64,000 bases of DNA from Anaerolineales bacterium (GTDB taxonomy: Bacteria; Chloroflexota; Anaerolineae; Anaerolineales; UBA11579): contig JAFGDK010000009.1 of NCBI GenBank assembly GCA_016932165.1, positions 5,437-69,436 of the forward strand. Reading direction: 5' to 3'. The position numbers were made by a program, and so were the translations under genes. Of the stretch, positions 18,573 through 28,899 are shown in pieces; position 1 is the stretch's first letter; each line of letters opens with the position of its first letter. Below the pieces are notes generated by a model. It was given only the letters and a program-made list of their open reading frames with translations, was not told the origin of the DNA and searched no databases.

Positions 18573-19565
18573 ATGAAACATTTAGGAAAGATTTTGATCC
18601 TGTTGACAGTAGCAGTAATGCTGCTGGCTGGGTGCGGTGGTGGTGAAGAAGAAGTTGCTGCTCCTGAGGTTTTCCGTGTAGCGGTCGTGATGCCCAGCGC
18701 AATCAACGACCTGGCTTTCAGCCAGTCGATGTATGATGCCCTCTCTGCCATCCAGGCTGAGCGCGGTGCAGACAAATTTGAGTTTGTTTACTCAGAGAGC
18801 ATGTTCGTGGTGGATGACGCCGCGGCGGCCATTCGAGATTATGCCAGCCAGGGATATAACCTGATCATCGCCCATGGCTCGCAGTACGGCAGCTCTTTGC
18901 AGGAGATCGCACCGGAATTCCCAGAAACCAGCTTTGCCTGGGGAACGACGGTGGATACCTTTGGGCTGGACAATGTGTTTGCCTACGAAGCCCGTGCTGA
19001 AGAAGGCGGCTATGTGATGGGTGTGATGGCGGCAATGCTCTCAGAGAGTGGGATTGTCGGTGTGGTTGGCCCCATCGAGACCGGCGACGCCAAGCTGTAT
19101 GTGGACGGCTTCACCGCAGGTGTTACCGCCACCAAGGGCGAGGCACAGGTCAATGCCAACTGGATTGGCTCCTTCTCGGATGTCGCCCTGGCTTCTGAAG
19201 CTGCCCAAACCCATATCGGCGCTGGCGCGGACATCTTGACCGGTACCGCCCAGATGGTGGTCGGGGCGATTGGCGTAGCTGAGGAGAATGGTGTTCTGTG
19301 GTTCGGCACCCAATCCAGCCAGACCTCTCTGGCCCCCAGCATAGTGGTGGCCAACCAGGTCTACCGCTGGGAAGTTGTGCTCAAGGAAATGATCTCCCTG
19401 ATCGAAGGTCAAACGTACGGCGGCCAATCCTTCCTGATCACGCTAGAAAACGGCGGGCTGGAAGTTGAGTTCAACAGCGCCTATGCCCTTCCGGATGAAG
19501 TCAAAACAGCCGCCCAGGCTGCAATTGACGGCATCGTGGACGGCTCAATCGATCCTCTACCCTAA
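18573..19565 (+). CDS. BMP-family substrate-binding lipoprotein (purine nucleoside-type)
   Basis: Signal peptide with lipobox (LLAGC) and a Bmp/PnrA-like fold signature (VAVVMPSAINDLAFSQS). Confidence 0.85.
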   Translation: MKHLGKILILLTVAVMLLAGCGGGEEEVAAPEVFRVAVVMPSAINDLAFSQSMYDALSAIQAERGADKFEFVYSESMFVVDDAAAAIRDYASQGYNLIIAHGSQYGSSLQEIAPEFPETSFAWGTTVDTFGLDNVFAYEARAEEGGYVMGVMAAMLSESGIVGVVGPIETGDAKLYVDGFTAGVTATKGEAQVNANWIGSFSDVALASEAAQTHIGAGADILTGTAQMVVGAIGVAEENGVLWFGTQSSQTSLAPSIVVANQVYRWEVVLKEMISLIEGQTYGGQSFLITLENGGLEVEFNSAYALPDEVKTAAQAAIDGIVDGSIDPLP

Positions 19566-19651
19566 TTTACAATGAATTCGGGAGGCAGTATTTTACTGCC
19601 TCCCCAGTAATTATCTTAATAGAATAACCAGTTTTGAGGATGTGATCTGCG

Positions 19652-21196
19652 ATGACTGAAACCCAACTACTCCCTTCTGGAAAGCCGATAATCTCGCAGC
19701 TTGAGATGTTGAATATCACCAAGCGTTTTCCTGGTGTGATCGCCAATTACAAGGTGAATTTTGATGTGCGGTCGGGTGAAGTGCATGCCTTGCTGGGTGA
19801 AAATGGAGCCGGGAAAAGCACCTTGATGAAGATCCTATACGGCCTTTACCAGCCAGAGGAAGGGCAGATCAAACTGGATGGAAAAGAAGTCTCGATCCAT
19901 TCACCGGTTGACTCGATTGACTTGGGAATCGGGATGATCCACCAGCATTTTATGCTGGTGGAATCGTTGACTGTGGCTGAGAATGTCGCTCTGGGCTTGC
20001 CATCCTCGCGCGGCTTTCTAACGGACCTGGATAAGGTCTCAGAGCGGATTCTAGAGCTGGCAGAGATCTACGGCCTGCAGGTGGATCCCGAGGCTTATAT
20101 CTGGCAGTTGGCTGTCGGGCAGCAGCAACGGGTGGAGATTATCAAAGCGCTTTACCGGGGCGCGGCGCTGCTAATTTTGGATGAACCGACGGCAGTACTT
20201 ACCCCGCAGGAGGTGGATGAATTCTTTATCACCATGCGCCAGATGATCGATGATGGGCACGCGCTGATCTTCATCTCGCATAAGCTGCATGAGGTCATCG
20301 AGATCAGCCACCGGGTCTCGGTGCTGCGGGATGGACAGATGATTGGCACGATCCCCACAAAAGGGGCCACAAAGTCCAAGCTGGCTGAAATGATGGTCGG
20401 CAGGGAGGTGGGGATCAAAAAGGACCGCTTTGAGACAGATACCTCTGAAAAACGGCTGGTGCTCGAAAATGTATCAGCTCTGAGCAACCGCGGCACACCT
20501 GCACTTACCAATGTCACCCTTGACGTGCGATCTGGAGAAATCCTGGGTATTGCCGGGGTTTCGGGGAATGGCCAGCGCGAGCTCGCGGAGGTGATTACCG
20601 GCCTGCGCCCGGTGACCGGCGGCAAGATCATCCTGGAAGGGGAAGATGTGACCGGCCTCACCCCAAAACAGCTGATGAACCGCAGCCTCTCTTATATTCC
20701 AGAGGAGCGCATGAAGGATGGGATGATCAAGGAGTTCACCGTGGCAGAGAACCTGATCCTGCGGGAACATGATCTGGAACCGTTCTCGAAAAATGGTCTT
20801 CTCAACCTGAAGACAATTTCGGCTCATTCTGAAAAGCTGATCACCAGTTACAACGTAAAAACCCCCTCTCAGGAAACTATGGCCAAGAACCTCTCCGGCG
20901 GAAACATTCAGAAACTGGTGTTGGCAAGAGAGATTTCTCGCAAGCCACATACGTTGATTGCCGCACAGCCAACCCGCGGGCTGGATATTGGGGCAACAGA
21001 ATATGTCCACCTCCGCCTGTTGGAGCAGCGCGAGGAAGGCACCGCTACCCTGCTAATTTCAGAGGATTTGGATGAAATCCTGGCTCTCTCAGACCGGATT
21101 GCGGTGTTATTCGAGGGAGAGGTGATGGGCGTGCTGCATCAGAGCGAGGCAACCCCTGAAAAGCTGGGTCTGTTGATGGCTGGCGTTGTGGAGTAG
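19652..21196 (+). CDS. ABC transporter ATP-binding protein, duplicated ATPase
   Basis: Two ABC cassettes (GENGAGKST...LSGG-like; GVSGNGQRE...LSGGNIQK). 514 aa. Confidence 0.9.
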   Translation: MTETQLLPSGKPIISQLEMLNITKRFPGVIANYKVNFDVRSGEVHALLGENGAGKSTLMKILYGLYQPEEGQIKLDGKEVSIHSPVDSIDLGIGMIHQHFMLVESLTVAENVALGLPSSRGFLTDLDKVSERILELAEIYGLQVDPEAYIWQLAVGQQQRVEIIKALYRGAALLILDEPTAVLTPQEVDEFFITMRQMIDDGHALIFISHKLHEVIEISHRVSVLRDGQMIGTIPTKGATKSKLAEMMVGREVGIKKDRFETDTSEKRLVLENVSALSNRGTPALTNVTLDVRSGEILGIAGVSGNGQRELAEVITGLRPVTGGKIILEGEDVTGLTPKQLMNRSLSYIPEERMKDGMIKEFTVAENLILREHDLEPFSKNGLLNLKTISAHSEKLITSYNVKTPSQETMAKNLSGGNIQKLVLAREISRKPHTLIAAQPTRGLDIGATEYVHLRLLEQREEGTATLLISEDLDEILALSDRIAVLFEGEVMGVLHQSEATPEKLGLLMAGVVE

Positions 21197-21285
21197 GCGC
21201 ATCTGAAAGGCTGCCGTTTTTGGCTGCAAATCTGCTGATAATCCAATCGATAAAACCCAAGATCAGTGCAGGTCTGTGAAATTGT

Positions 21286-22092
21286 ATGTCTGCCAATAAG
21301 AAGCTTAAGGCCGCCAAGTGTTTTTTGATTGACATGGACGGCACGACCTACCTGGAAGCGCGTTTGCTTCCTGGTGCGGCGGAGTTTGTCAGCTGCTTGG
21401 ATGAGATTGGTTTCCCTTACTTTTTTCTGACGAACAATTCCTCCCGCTCCCAGGCAGACTATGTGACTAAATTAGGAAAATTAGGTCTTTCTATCCCACC
21501 AGAGAAGATTTTTACCTCAGGTGAAGCCACCGCGCTCTATCTCAGCAAGCAAAAACCAGGGGCAAGGATATATCTGGCAGGGACGCCTTCCCTGGAAGCG
21601 GAATTTATCAGGTTCGGGTTTGAGCTAACCAATGAATCTCCTGATTTTGTCGTGCTGGGGTTTGATACCACCCTGAGCTATGAGAAGTTGGTGCAATTGT
21701 GCGACTTTGTGCGCCAGGGGTTGCCATACATCGCCACCCATCCGGATATCAACTGCCCGGTGGAAGGCGGTTTCATCCCCGATATTGGGGCGATCATGGC
21801 GCTGGTTGAGTCCTCTACAGGCCGGGCTGCAGATGTAATTGTGGGTAAACCGCACACCCCGATGGTCGAGGCAATTGTGGAGAAGACCGGTTTTGAAGCT
21901 GGGGAGATCATCATGGTGGGAGACCGGTTGTATACCGACATTGCTCTTGGTGTGGCGGGATTAGGTACGGTGCTGGTGTTGAGTGGGGAAACCAAGGTTG
22001 AAGATCTTCAATCCTCTCCGTATCAGCCTGACCTTGTGGTTGAAAATCTGGCTGAACTGCATCAGCTTTTTCTGGCTGTGCAGCGGGATTAA
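21286..22092 (+). CDS. HAD-IIA family hydrolase (NagD-like sugar/nucleotide phosphatase)
   Basis: DMDGT motif I, TNNS motif, and GDRLYTDI motif IV. Confidence 0.8.
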   Translation: MSANKKLKAAKCFLIDMDGTTYLEARLLPGAAEFVSCLDEIGFPYFFLTNNSSRSQADYVTKLGKLGLSIPPEKIFTSGEATALYLSKQKPGARIYLAGTPSLEAEFIRFGFELTNESPDFVVLGFDTTLSYEKLVQLCDFVRQGLPYIATHPDINCPVEGGFIPDIGAIMALVESSTGRAADVIVGKPHTPMVEAIVEKTGFEAGEIIMVGDRLYTDIALGVAGLGTVLVLSGETKVEDLQSSPYQPDLVVENLAELHQLFLAVQRD

Positions 22093-22372
22093 TCTGATTG
22101 GTATTTTGGGGGAGATGACCCACACGCAACATTCTTGCGGTATCTCCCTTGGAAGGGCGCGACCAAATTCCTCTTCCCCAGCTTACATGAACTGAAATTG
22201 CATTTCACTGCCGATGGTTGGGGAAGGGGGTAGAGGGGATAGGTCTAAAACCACTTTGCCAAAAGACTATTTCCTCATCATTTGTCATACTCTCAGGGAC
22301 TTAATCCGCCGTGAAGATTGAAAAGATTTATAATTGTTCTAAATTGTTCCCACTAAATATGGATGGAAAAAG

Positions 22373-25300
22373 ATGATTAATCATAGAAACTGGCAGTTTT
22401 TTGTGGTACTCGTGGCCTTGATTTCCCTATGGTCAGGGTCTTCTGTGTCAGCGGGTACCTTGTTGCAAGATGAAGCAGTGGTCTGTCCGGAGGCGGTGCT
22501 GCACTATTACCGGCCGGGCGGAGACTATGATGATTGGGGGCTGCATATCTGGGGCCCGATCGATGTATCTGGCGTGACCTGGACGACGCCTTTGATGCCC
22601 ACCAGCGAGGATGATTTTGGCCTGATCTGGCAGGTGCCGATGGAGGAGGGCGCCGAGTACCTGAACTATATCGTCCATCTGGGGGATACGAAGGACCCGG
22701 GGCCAGACCAGCAAATGAATTTTGCCACCAGCGGGTGTGAAATCTGGCTGGTGCAGGGGGATGCCACCCAGTATCCCGGTGCGGATGATGCGCTCAGCGG
22801 GGTGGTCCCGTCGCTGGATATGAACTTCACCGAAGCGCCTGAGGTGGGGGAAAACCAGGTGATCATCCATTATCACCGCAACAAGAGCGATTATAACGCC
22901 TGGGGACTGCATGTGTGGGGCGATACCCCGCTGGTGGAATCTATCACCTGGACCAATCCGCTGCAGCCCGCCGGCCAGGATGAGTACGGGCTCTATTTTG
23001 TGATCGATGTGAATGCCGGCGCTGAAAGCGTGAACTACATCGTGCATCAGGGGGATGTAAAAGACCCCGGCCCAGACCAGAAACTGGTATTTGCTGAAGC
23101 TGGCTGGGAGATCTGGTTGATCGAGGGAAGCGCAACCCAGTTTAGTAGTCCGGAAGAAGCCCTGGAAGTAGCCAAACTGGCCGCGGTGGGCGATATTTCC
23201 CGGTTGAAGGCTTACTGGGTCTCTGAGGATTTGATCGTGTACCCCACGGAATTCAGCACCCAGAATGATTATGCCCTGGTTTACAGCCCGAAGATTGAGA
23301 TCCAGGTCACCGCTGAGGGTCTCAAGGGGGCAGAATTGATCCCGCTGGCCCTCAATCCTGGCGGGCTGCCAGAGGAGCTGGCTGCCAGATTCCCCCACCT
23401 GATTGGGAACCCTGTCTTCAGGATTCCGGAAGAATATCTGGAGATGGTGCCAAAAATTTTGCGCGGGCAGGTTGGGGTGGCTTATTGGGATGGGGCCGGC
23501 GCGCTAAAAGACCTGACCGGGCTGCAGCTCCCCGGCGTGCTGGATGATCTGTTTGCCTACGACGGTCCGCTGGGATTGACCTGGGAGGGAAACACACCGG
23601 TTTTCCATTTGTGGGCGCCGACGGCCAGTTTTGTGGGGATGTATCTTTATGCAGATACCGAACCGGGTACGATCGGCATCCCCGACCCGATGAGTTTTGA
23701 TCCGGAAACAGGGGTGTGGTCAAAAGTGGGCAAGCCTGAGTGGAAGGGGCAGTATTACCGCTATGAGATTGATGTGTATATGCCCTTCGAGGGACGGGTG
23801 GTGCGGAACGAGGTCACTGATCCGTATTCGATCGGGCTTTCGACCAACAGCAAGCACAGCCTGATTGTGGACCTGGATGATCCAGCCCTGATGCCCGAGG
23901 GCTGGGAGAGGTTGGAAAAACCGGCCTTTACAGTCCCAGAGGATATCGTGTTGTATGAGCTGCATGTGCGGGATTTCAGCGCCTTCGACCAGGGCGTCCC
24001 GGAGGAAGTGCGGGGAACCTTTGCCGCCTTCACTTATCCCCAATCGGCCGGGGTGCAGCATCTGCAAAAGCTTGCCCAGGCCGGGCTGACCCATGTCCAC
24101 CTGCTGCCGGTGTTTGACATTGCCACGATCAATGAAGATAAGAGTGAATGGCAATCTCCGGATATTGAGGTACTGGCAGGATTTGGGCCTGATTCAGAAG
24201 AACAGCAAGCCCTGGTAAATGAACTTCGGTTGGAGGACGGTTTCAATTGGGGGTATGATCCGCTCCACTATACTGTGCCAGAAGGGAGCTATTCTACCAA
24301 CCCGGAGGACGCTGCCCGGATCCTGGAGTTCCGCCAGATGGTGATGGCTCTCAATGAAATCGGGCTGCGGGTGGTAATGGATGTGGTCTATAACCATACC
24401 AACGCCTCAGGCAACAGCCAGAATTCGGTGCTTGATAAGGTCGTACCGGGTTATTATCACCGGTTGAACAACGCCGGTGTGGTGGAAAACAGCACCTGCT
24501 GCTCCAATACCGCCACCGAGCATTACATGATGGAGCGCTTGATGCTCGATTCGGTGCTGACTTGGACAACTGCCTATAAGGTGGACGGCTACCGCTTTGA
24601 CCTGATGGGACACCACATGAAGGAAAATATGCTCAACCTGCGGGAGGCGCTGGACAGTTTGACCCTTGAGCAGGATGGGGTTGATGGCAGGGATGTGTAT
24701 ATCTACGGGGAGGGCTGGAACTTTGGCGAGGTGGCGGATAACCTGCGTGGGGTGAATGCCACCCAGGTCAACATGGCAGGCAGCGGGATTGGCAGTTTCA
24801 ACGACCGGCTGCGGGATGCGGCCCGCGGCGGGAACCCATTCGGAGGGCTGCAGGAGCAGGGCTTTATCAACGGGCTGTTCACCAATCCAAATGGCATTGA
24901 TCCACGTTCTCCTGAGGAGCAAAAAGCTGCCCTGTTGGAGTTCAGCGACCTGATCCGGGTTTCTCTGGCTGGGAACCTGGCGGATTATCAGATCACCAGT
25001 GGAACTGGTGATATTGTCTCCGGGGCAGACTTGCTGTATAACGGCAATCCCGGGGCGGGTTACACCGCCGATCCGCAGGAAAACATCGTCTATGTTTCAG
25101 CTCATGACAATGAGACCCTTTTTGACGCCATCCAGTACAAAGCACCTCAGGAGACATCTATGGACGACCGGGTGCGGATGCAGAATATGGGCCTCAGCCT
25201 GGTCTCGCTTAGCCAGGGGATACCGTTCTTCCATGCCGGTTCAGAACTGCTGCGCTCCAAGAATCTAGACCGCGACAGCTATGACTCGGGGGATTGGTTC

Positions 25301-25984
25301 AACCGGCTGGACTACAACTATCAGGACAATAACTGGGGCAAGGGTTTGCCGATCGCCGATAAGAACAGCAGCAACTGGGAAATCATGGGGCCCCTGCTGG
25401 CAAGCCCGGATTTGAAACCTGCCACCGGGCATATCCAGGCTGCGCTGGAACATTTTGCCGAGATGCTTGCAGTTCGGGCGAGTTCACCTTTGTTCAGGCT
25501 GCAGACGGCTGAGCAGATCCATGAACGGGTACAGTTCCACAACACCGGACCGGACCAGGTGCCGGGGATGATCGTGATGAGCATCGATGACCGGGTGGGC
25601 GAGAATCTTGACCAGAATGCGGAATATCTGGTGGTGGTGTTCAACGCATCTGATGAGATGCAGACCGTTGGATTGGATGCTGAATTTTCTGGTTCGCTGG
25701 CACTGCACCCCATACTGGTTAATTCAGCCGATGTGATCATGAAACAATCCAGAATCGATGAAGCCACCGACACGGTGATTGTCCCGCCAATGACAACAGC
25801 GGTGTTCGTGGCGGAGGAAGTTGTGGCAGAGATGCCGGTTTCTCCAGAACCTGAGAGGGACAGCGGCAGCCTGCTGATCCCGGTCGTGATATTGGGAGCT
25901 GCCCTCCTCGCGGGGGTGGGGGTATGGCTGATGCAAAGATCGGGGGATGATGTTCTAAAACCAGAAAAAAAGGAAAAATCGTAA
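22373..25984 (+). CDS. pullulanase-type alpha-1,6-glucosidase (GH13), secreted, with a C-terminal membrane anchor
   Basis: N-terminal signal peptide and two tandem pullulanase-associated (CBM41-like) modules (HYYRPGGDYDDWGLHIWG / HYHRNKSDYNAWGLHVWG). GH13 catalytic motifs are present (YNWGYDP-like FNWGYDP, GYRFDLMGH, YGEGW, YVSAHDN). The C-terminus has a hydrophobic helix plus a charged tail. Confidence 0.9.
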   Translation: MINHRNWQFFVVLVALISLWSGSSVSAGTLLQDEAVVCPEAVLHYYRPGGDYDDWGLHIWGPIDVSGVTWTTPLMPTSEDDFGLIWQVPMEEGAEYLNYIVHLGDTKDPGPDQQMNFATSGCEIWLVQGDATQYPGADDALSGVVPSLDMNFTEAPEVGENQVIIHYHRNKSDYNAWGLHVWGDTPLVESITWTNPLQPAGQDEYGLYFVIDVNAGAESVNYIVHQGDVKDPGPDQKLVFAEAGWEIWLIEGSATQFSSPEEALEVAKLAAVGDISRLKAYWVSEDLIVYPTEFSTQNDYALVYSPKIEIQVTAEGLKGAELIPLALNPGGLPEELAARFPHLIGNPVFRIPEEYLEMVPKILRGQVGVAYWDGAGALKDLTGLQLPGVLDDLFAYDGPLGLTWEGNTPVFHLWAPTASFVGMYLYADTEPGTIGIPDPMSFDPETGVWSKVGKPEWKGQYYRYEIDVYMPFEGRVVRNEVTDPYSIGLSTNSKHSLIVDLDDPALMPEGWERLEKPAFTVPEDIVLYELHVRDFSAFDQGVPEEVRGTFAAFTYPQSAGVQHLQKLAQAGLTHVHLLPVFDIATINEDKSEWQSPDIEVLAGFGPDSEEQQALVNELRLEDGFNWGYDPLHYTVPEGSYSTNPEDAARILEFRQMVMALNEIGLRVVMDVVYNHTNASGNSQNSVLDKVVPGYYHRLNNAGVVENSTCCSNTATEHYMMERLMLDSVLTWTTAYKVDGYRFDLMGHHMKENMLNLREALDSLTLEQDGVDGRDVYIYGEGWNFGEVADNLRGVNATQVNMAGSGIGSFNDRLRDAARGGNPFGGLQEQGFINGLFTNPNGIDPRSPEEQKAALLEFSDLIRVSLAGNLADYQITSGTGDIVSGADLLYNGNPGAGYTADPQENIVYVSAHDNETLFDAIQYKAPQETSMDDRVRMQNMGLSLVSLSQGIPFFHAGSELLRSKNLDRDSYDSGDWFNRLDYNYQDNNWGKGLPIADKNSSNWEIMGPLLASPDLKPATGHIQAALEHFAEMLAVRASSPLFRLQTAEQIHERVQFHNTGPDQVPGMIVMSIDDRVGENLDQNAEYLVVVFNASDEMQTVGLDAEFSGSLALHPILVNSADVIMKQSRIDEATDTVIVPPMTTAVFVAEEVVAEMPVSPEPERDSGSLLIPVVILGAALLAGVGVWLMQRSGDDVLKPEKKEKS

Positions 25985-26964
25985 TGAAAGTGTTATTTAT
26001 TGGTGGTACCGGGGTAATTTCTTCTGGCTGTGCACCGGAGGCTTTGGCCTCTGGCTTTGAGCTGACCCTGCTCAACCGGGGAAAATCGTTTCGTGCTGCC
26101 CCACAAGGGGCGGAAGTGCTGGTGGCGGATTATCATGATCAAGCCGCAGTGGAACGAGTGCTGGCGGGGAGAGAATTTGATGTGGTGGTGGACTGGATCG
26201 CCTTTACCCCGGATCAGGTGGCGCGGGATATCGCCATGTTCCAGGGGCGGGTGGGGCAGTTTATCTTGATCAGCTCGGCATCGGCGTACCAGAAACCGCC
26301 GCGCTCGCTGCCGATCACTGAATCCACGCCGTTGGAGAATCCTTTCTGGGCATATTCTCGCAATAAGATCGCCTGCGAGCAGGTGTTGATGGAAGCCTAT
26401 TTCAAAGACGGTTTTCCAGGGACGATTGTGAGACCTTCACATACCTATGATAAGACGATGGTCCCGTTGCGCGGCAAAATTACCGCGTTGATAAGGCTGC
26501 TGGAAGGACGGCCGGTGATCGTGCATGGGGATGGCACCTCCTTGTGGGTGCTGACCCACCACCAAGATTTTGCCACAGGTTTTGTTGGTTTGATGGGCAA
26601 CCCGCATGCGGTTGGTGAAGCCTTCCATATCACCTCGGATGAACTCCTGACCTGGAACCAGATCACTGAATTGGTGGCGGCAGCAGCAGGCGTTGAGGCG
26701 AATATTGTGCATCTCACTTCCGAGAGGATCAATCGATATGATCCGGAGTGGGGGGCTGGTCTGCTTGGTGATAAGGCGCATTCGGTGATCTTTGATAACA
26801 GTAAGCTCAAACGCTTTGTGCCTAATTTTAGGGCAAAAATTCCGTTCTACCAGGGGGCGCAAGAGATTGTGGATTGGTATCTTGCTGATCGATCAAGACT
26901 TCAGGCCGAGTTTGACCCGATCCTGGATCAACTGATCGATCGGATGATCGCTGAGAATCAATGA
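25984..26964 (+). CDS. NAD-dependent epimerase/dehydratase (extended SDR)
   Basis: GGTGVISSG Rossmann motif and YSRNK catalytic motif. The start overlaps the pullulanase stop by 1 nt (TAATG). Confidence 0.85.
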   Translation: MKVLFIGGTGVISSGCAPEALASGFELTLLNRGKSFRAAPQGAEVLVADYHDQAAVERVLAGREFDVVVDWIAFTPDQVARDIAMFQGRVGQFILISSASAYQKPPRSLPITESTPLENPFWAYSRNKIACEQVLMEAYFKDGFPGTIVRPSHTYDKTMVPLRGKITALIRLLEGRPVIVHGDGTSLWVLTHHQDFATGFVGLMGNPHAVGEAFHITSDELLTWNQITELVAAAAGVEANIVHLTSERINRYDPEWGAGLLGDKAHSVIFDNSKLKRFVPNFRAKIPFYQGAQEIVDWYLADRSRLQAEFDPILDQLIDRMIAENQ

Positions 26965-27025
26965 GCATGCAGGGGTGAATAACTTTACAAAATGTTAACC
27001 CACCCTTTGAAAAAGGTTCAACTCA

Positions 27026-27751
27026 ATGGCTTATATTTGTATTATGAGCTATGGAAATAAATTGACACTATTTTTGGACCTGGATGGAACAGTTTACGAC
27101 AAACATAATGGGATGTGGGAGGAGATGTCTGCCCGGATTGACAATTACTTCCGGGAGGTGCTCGGCTTGCCTGAGGAACAAATCTTACCGACCCGAGACC
27201 GTTATTATGCACAATACGGGTCTACGCTGCGTGGAATCCAACTGAATTATGAGATTGACCCGGAAGATTATCTGGCCTATGTACACGGGATAGACTTGAA
27301 TAAATACCTTTCCCCAAAGCCATGCATGCGAGAGATGCTCACCTCTCTTCCATACCCGAAGTGGATCTTTACCAACTCCGACCGCAACCATGCCAGTCGG
27401 GTACTGAAAATCCTGGGGATTGAGGATTTGTTTGCGGGCATCCTGGATGTTTGGGAAATGTCCCATATCCCCAAACCTGATCCAAGAACCTACAGACATG
27501 CCATAAAGGCGGCTGGGAATCCAGACCCTTCCACATGCGTTTTTGTGGATGATACCCTTAAGAACCTGGCGCCAGCCAAAGCAATGGGCTGGCATACGGT
27601 CTGGGTAGATAGTTTCACTCTGGACCCGAGTGCTGAATACAGCATTCCAGCATTAAAGTATCTACCAGAGGTGATTTCTGATATAGAAGCCGAAAGCTGG
27701 GTGTTCCCCTTAGAGATACACCAGCCACAATTCGAAGATTGCAATTACTAA
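27026..27751 (+). CDS. HAD-IA hydrolase, pyrimidine 5'-nucleotidase-like
   Basis: DLDGTVY motif I, FTNS motif II, and DD motif (FVDDTLKN). Confidence 0.7.
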   Translation: MAYICIMSYGNKLTLFLDLDGTVYDKHNGMWEEMSARIDNYFREVLGLPEEQILPTRDRYYAQYGSTLRGIQLNYEIDPEDYLAYVHGIDLNKYLSPKPCMREMLTSLPYPKWIFTNSDRNHASRVLKILGIEDLFAGILDVWEMSHIPKPDPRTYRHAIKAAGNPDPSTCVFVDDTLKNLAPAKAMGWHTVWVDSFTLDPSAEYSIPALKYLPEVISDIEAESWVFPLEIHQPQFEDCNY

Positions 27752-27763
27752 TATAAAAACCTT

Positions 27764-28789
27764 ATGACTGAAAAAATCCTGTTTATCTGTGGTTCATTGA
27801 ATCAGACCAAGATGCTGCACCAGATCGCGGAGCAGCTTGCCCCCCGGTATGAGTGTTATTTCTCCCCATATTATGCGGACGGCCTGATCGACCGGCTGGC
27901 CCGCTGGGGGCTGCTGGGGAACACCGTGCTGGGCGGGCGGCATCAGCAGGATACCCTTGATTACCTCCACGAGCACGATCTGGAAATAGACTGGCGGGGC
28001 AAAAAGCATTGGTATGATCTGGTGGTGACTGGCAGCGATCTGATTGTGCCGAAGAACGTGCGCTGGAACCGCCTGGTCCTGGTTCAGGAGGGGATCACCG
28101 AACCTGAGACCTGGCTCTACCACCTGGTGAAATGGCTGAAGCTGCCGCGCTGGCTGGCCAATACCGCCACAACTGGTCTTTCGGATCTGTACGATGTGTT
28201 TTGTGTCGGCTCACAGGGGTATCGAGAGCATTTTATCAGGAAAGGGGTGAACCCGGCTAAAATCGCAGTGACGGGTATGCCCAATTTTGATCATTTCGCA
28301 CAGTTCAGGGATAACAAATTTCCGTATTTTGATTATGCTCTTGTGGCGACCACACCACTGCGGGAAACTTTTAGACTGGATGACCGCAAAAGATTCCTGA
28401 ATGAATGTGCCAGGATAGCGAATGGGCGTCAGTTGATCTTCAAACTGCATCCCCTGGAAAATGAAGACCGGGCCAGAAAAGAAATCAACAGCATATGTCC
28501 GGGAGCCCTGGTTATCACCGAGGGCAGCGTGGATGAAATGATCGCCAATGCTGAGGTGGTCATCACCCAGCTATCTACCTGTACATTTACCGCAGTAGCC
28601 CTGGAAAAGGAAGTTCACTCCTACCTGGATCTGGCGGAATTGCAAAGTTTGATGCCAATTCAAAACAAAGGTGCGTCTGCAGAGCGGATCGCCCGAATCT
28701 GCCGCCAGGTGCTACACACTCCCCTGCCTGTACTCAAAGCGATCAGCGCAGGTTTCCGATCGCATCCGGGATGGGAGCAAGACCTGTAA
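27764..28789 (+). CDS. hypothetical protein, possible GT-B-fold glycosyl/glycerophospho-transferase-like
   Basis: Long ORF with coding-like composition. The two-lobed Rossmann-like pattern is only weakly recognisable, and I cannot assign a family from sequence alone. Confidence 0.45.
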   Translation: MTEKILFICGSLNQTKMLHQIAEQLAPRYECYFSPYYADGLIDRLARWGLLGNTVLGGRHQQDTLDYLHEHDLEIDWRGKKHWYDLVVTGSDLIVPKNVRWNRLVLVQEGITEPETWLYHLVKWLKLPRWLANTATTGLSDLYDVFCVGSQGYREHFIRKGVNPAKIAVTGMPNFDHFAQFRDNKFPYFDYALVATTPLRETFRLDDRKRFLNECARIANGRQLIFKLHPLENEDRARKEINSICPGALVITEGSVDEMIANAEVVITQLSTCTFTAVALEKEVHSYLDLAELQSLMPIQNKGASAERIARICRQVLHTPLPVLKAISAGFRSHPGWEQDL

Positions 28790-28899
28790 TCTGGCTTGGA
28801 CTGACCGATTAACTCAGAAAGGGATCACCGCTGGAAGATTTGCTGGCGGTGATCCGGTTTAAGCGTATTGGTGATCAGGTATCTTGTAAAGAGGAGAAT

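Noticed and set aside
22448-23398. 316-aa minus-strand ORF inside the pullulanase gene. The same issue applies to 49431..50387 inside sigA, 35311..36015 inside znuC, 16261..17061 inside the permease, 13697..14458 inside the Mo-enzyme gene, and 57423..58163 in an alternative frame of the membrane protein.
   Set aside because: All overlap genes with clear family motifs and have no motifs, SD sequences or plausible composition of their own.
25840-25984. PEP-CTERM sorting signal at the pullulanase C-terminus
   Set aside because: A PEP tripeptide precedes the helix. However, the spacer and the 17-residue acidic/basic tail after the helix do not match the usual PEP-TM-Arg-cluster terminus, and no exosortase is in the window.
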